Source: an uncultured Fibrobacterota bacterium | GTDB taxonomy: Bacteria > Fibrobacterota > Chitinivibrionia > Chitinivibrionales > FEN-1185 | Direction: 5' to 3' | Length of the DNA: 64,000 nucleotides | Assembly: GCA_963729895.1 (NCBI GenBank) | Contig: CAVSQB010000028.1 | Span: 32,001-96,000, forward strand | Shown: piece after piece, positions 61,046 through 64,000 of the stretch | Layout of the letters: each line of letters opens with the position of its first letter | Numbering within the stretch: position 1 is the stretch's first letter | The notes under the pieces: generated by a model | The model's input: only the letters and a program-made list of their open reading frames with translations | The model's database searches: none | Told to the model about the DNA's origin: nothing | Made by a program: the position numbers and the translations under genes

Positions 61046-61780
61046 ATGATGGGCCTTAAAAACGCAATTGCCATTCTCCTGTTGCTTGCTATATGCGCCG
61101 GGTGCGCCAGTATGCATAATAGCGGCATCCTTAAGTCCGGAGTTGAGAATTGGAACAGGTGGAGAGAGGAAAACAAGACCGCCAGGCCGGACCTCAGGAA
61201 TGCACATTTGAAAGGGGCCAACCTTGCAGGAGCATTCCTTGCGGATGCCGACCTTGCGGGCGCCGACCTTGAAAGTGCGAATCTTGAGAAAGCCAACTTG
61301 CAGAGAGCTATCCTCACATTTGCGAACCTTACGAAAGCCGACCTGCGGGGAGCTAACCTTACCGAGGCGTTTGCTCGCAATGCAAGGCTGGGTAAGGCCG
61401 ACCTGAAAGGGACGGACCTTGAAGGGGCCGACCTTCGGCAGGACTCCCTCACGGGAGATTCTCTCCAGGGAGACAACCTTCATGGAGCGGACTTGAGGGA
61501 AGCTGAGCTTCACGGAGCCGATCTTCTGGGCACCGACCTCAGGGAAGCGGACCTCAGGGAAGTTGACCTTGACGAATCTGACCTGAAAAACGTCAAATCA
61601 TTTTACAAGACGAAACTTGATCCGGATGTTCTGGCCGTCATAAAGGCAAAGTGGCCTGAAAAACTTGCGACGATCTGGAATGATGCAAAGAAGAAATGGG
61701 CTATCGACGACACTCTTCTTGCACAGATCAAGAAACCCGATTGGCGCGGGTGGCTGGAGCAAGAAGATCGGGAGCAGTAA
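61046..61780 (+). CDS. Pentapeptide-repeat lipoprotein
   Basis: CAGC lipobox; A(D/N)LXX repeats; WN.WR...PDL. Confidence 0.85.
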   Translation: MMGLKNAIAILLLLAICAGCASMHNSGILKSGVENWNRWREENKTARPDLRNAHLKGANLAGAFLADADLAGADLESANLEKANLQRAILTFANLTKADLRGANLTEAFARNARLGKADLKGTDLEGADLRQDSLTGDSLQGDNLHGADLREAELHGADLLGTDLREADLREVDLDESDLKNVKSFYKTKLDPDVLAVIKAKWPEKLATIWNDAKKKWAIDDTLLAQIKKPDWRGWLEQEDREQ

Positions 61781-61865
61781 AGAACCTCGGGCGCAGAGGT
61801 TTTCGTTCGGCAACCGGATTCCTTATGATATGCAGTACTCATTATTTGCGAAAGGATGGAACCTA

Positions 61866-62302
61866 TGGCCTCACGTGCACTGATCGACGAGTTTATGGCA
61901 CCCAAAAAGCTTGCCCTGGTCCGGGCATCGCGAAAGACGCCTGTCTCCGGAGTCAGCATTGACAAAGAGCTTGGGGCCAGGGGATACGCCGTTTGCGTGG
62001 TTTATCTCGACGAGGACGGTCCCGGCTCAAAGCTGAGCGACCTGAAGGAGCTGGTCGGCGGGGTGATTATAGCCGTACCGGCCGGCCAGGCGGAGAAGGC
62101 CGTTGGCAGGGTGATTGAGGCCAAGATCCCACGGGTCTGGATCCAGCGCGGTTGCGAGTCCCAAGCGGCTATCCGGTTGTGCGAGGAGAAGGGAATCCCG
62201 GCGATCTATGGTGAGTGCGTGATGATGTTTGCCGAGCCGGTGAAATCGTTTCACGCGTTCCACCGGTGGACCAGGAAAGTGCGAGGGAAGCTGCCTGAGT
62301 AG
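61866..62302 (+). CDS. CoA-binding protein (YccU-like)
   Basis: VWIQRG.ES..A...C...GI..I.GEC.MMF. Confidence 0.7.
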
Positions 62303-62326
62303 CGCATTCGGGGGCTTGTCTGCATT

Positions 62327-63100
62327 ATGAACGCATTGCAAACCATCACCCGAAAATCCCTAATTTATAAGAGCGGGCTGGGCTTCTATTGTCTGAACCA
62401 CGTTCAAGGCTGCAGCCACGGGTGCCGCTATCCCTGTTACGCCTTTTCCATGGCCAAGCACTACGGCCGGGCAGCCGATTACCAGGAGTGGTGCAAGCCG
62501 AAACTCGTGGCCAATGCCTTGGATCTATTGGACAAGGAACTGCCGAGGCATCTGGCCAGGGCAGGGGTGGACTCCGGCTCGGAAGAATTCCGCATCCACC
62601 TATGCCTCACCACGGACCCTTTTATGGCCGGGCGGCCGGAGATCGGGTCCCTGAGCATGCGTATCATTAAAAAAATCAATGCCGCAGGCCTGGCGTGCGA
62701 CATCTTGACAAAAGGCGTGCTTCCCAGGGAACTGGCTGATGCGCGCTTTGATCGTGATAACCGGTATGGCATCAGCATCGTATCCCTGGACGAAGGTTTT
62801 CGCCGGCGCTGGGAGCCGGGCGCAGCCCCTTATGCGGATCGCATCACGGCCCTGCGTTATTTGCACGATCAAGGCTATCCCGTGTACGCGCATATCGAGC
62901 CATATCCCACGCCGAATATTATCATTCAGGACATTGATGCTTTATTGGAAGCGGTGGCCTTTGTGGACGCCGTTTATTTCGGCGAATGGAACTACAGCTC
63001 TGTGGCCGGAAAGTATCCGAACCGCACAAGGTTCTATGCCGAACAGGTGAGGAAGGTTAAGGCATTTTGCCGCAACTGCGGTGTGGCATGCGAGATGTAA
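62327..63100 (+). CDS. Radical SAM protein (SPL/Rv2578c-like)
   Basis: GCSHGCRYPCYA; TDPF; ILTKG; EPGA...RI..L. Confidence 0.8.
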   Translation: MNALQTITRKSLIYKSGLGFYCLNHVQGCSHGCRYPCYAFSMAKHYGRAADYQEWCKPKLVANALDLLDKELPRHLARAGVDSGSEEFRIHLCLTTDPFMAGRPEIGSLSMRIIKKINAAGLACDILTKGVLPRELADARFDRDNRYGISIVSLDEGFRRRWEPGAAPYADRITALRYLHDQGYPVYAHIEPYPTPNIIIQDIDALLEAVAFVDAVYFGEWNYSSVAGKYPNRTRFYAEQVRKVKAFCRNCGVACEM

Positions 63101-63246
63101 ACGGGACTATGATGTTGTCAAGAGATCACTCAAGATCGCGCCGGGGATTTATTTTGGTTGTGTTAAGCCGGATAGAACCTTGTTACGAAACAGAATTCCG
63201 ATAGCATGACAACGAAACAAATGAACCAATTTCTCCTTCAGAAAGG

Positions 63247-63570
63247 ATGACTATGGCTTCAGAAAAGGGCCTCACAATTCAATCCATATTCCCCGGGAGA
63301 TGGAGCAATGCGTATTCTCACGTTGGAGGGCCTTCGGGTTCCGAGGAGTTTGAAATCATCGACGGAACAAAGTGCTTTGTTGAGGGAAAGCACAAATTCA
63401 ATATTACCGGCTTCAAGTACGACGCCACGAGTGAGACGGTGACATTCACAAAAGAGTGGGTGGGAACTGCCGGAGCGCCGATAGTCAATACCATAAAGAA
63501 GATCAACAAGAACCATTTCGAGGGAAGCGAAAACGACGGGGCCCATGTTGTGTACAAAAGAATTAAGTAG
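63247..63570 (+). CDS. Hypothetical protein
   Basis: 107-aa beta-rich ORF; AAAGGA RBS. Confidence 0.6.
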   Translation: MTMASEKGLTIQSIFPGRWSNAYSHVGGPSGSEEFEIIDGTKCFVEGKHKFNITGFKYDATSETVTFTKEWVGTAGAPIVNTIKKINKNHFEGSENDGAHVVYKRIK

Positions 63571-63765
63571 GCCCTAGCCGCTCCACTGTTGGGGAAAAGC
63601 AAAATAGCCTTTATGACTTTGCCTTTTCTTTACGTTAGGTGGACCGGAGTAGTGCGCTGGAGCGCACTACCGGTCGATGACCCTTGGAAGCACCCGACGG
63701 GAACGCCCGGACATCCACTGTACTTTCAGGCTCGAACAATTTGAGTGGCCGATCTGCCCCCAGCT

Positions 63766-64000
63766 TCACCGCTCCCTGCCGCTTCGCTCCTCTTTCTGGT
63801 TCGCATGTTTCCCTTTGCCGCCGTGCTGCGCTCCCTTCTTTCCCTGCTTCCCGGACGAATGACTGACAGATGAAGCATCTTCCCCTTCTTTTGCCGCGGG
63901 CACCGAAGCGCGCTTTGCAAGACCAGCAGGGGCGGGCTGTCCGTGGTTTACCGAGGCGAGCAGCTCGCGGTTGGAGCCGGCGGTCTGCCTGTGCTGCATT
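63766..64000 (-). CDS. Possible 3' end of a gene running off the window edge
   Basis: Open minus-strand frame with a Lys/Gly-rich tail; hairpin at 63642-63675 downstream. Confidence 0.35.
   Translation of the reverse strand, partial: MQHRQTAGSNRELLASVNHGQPAPAGLAKRASVPAAKEGEDASSVSHSSGKQGKKGAQHGGKGKHANQKEERSGRER

Noticed and set aside
61190..61590. 15-bp periodic GCCGACCT repeats
   Set aside because: Explained by pentapeptide-repeat coding

Overview
GC-rich bacterial chromosomal window with no phage, CRISPR array or rRNA. At least nine secreted proteins end in a Por/T9SS type-A- or FlgD-like C-terminal sorting domain. That, the DUF6057-like/TolB-like gene pairs and the OmpA style suggest an FCB-group organism, possibly Fibrobacterota (inference). 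Contents: tandem GH16 paralogs, a GH2, an unclassified clan-A-like hydrolase and a ~2,055-aa DUF2341/LamG/Ig/PKD/FN3 surface protein. An IS hot spot follows rluC: an IS5-type element interrupted by an IS1380, plus a second intact IS5 21 bp upstream of a Ser/Thr kinase. Also present: a PHP-manC-lpxB-DUF362 operon facing waaF, an orphan ParA, tRNA-Arg(ACG) and several REP/MITE-like palindromes. Best leads: (1) two copies of a translationally coupled small membrane protein + B12 radical SAM module; (2) two copies of a DUF6057-like + CxxCH beta-propeller module; (3) a circularly permuted TrxR-like flavoprotein fused to a NapH-like membrane ferredoxin; (4) an unlisted 57-aa 8-Cys metallothionein-like ORF with a switch-like leader upstream of a secreted cupredoxin; (5) a 154-aa domain nested inside the LamG fold of the giant protein; (6) two multi-branch intergenic RNA candidates. 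Family assignments come from motif recognition by eye; no database searches were run.
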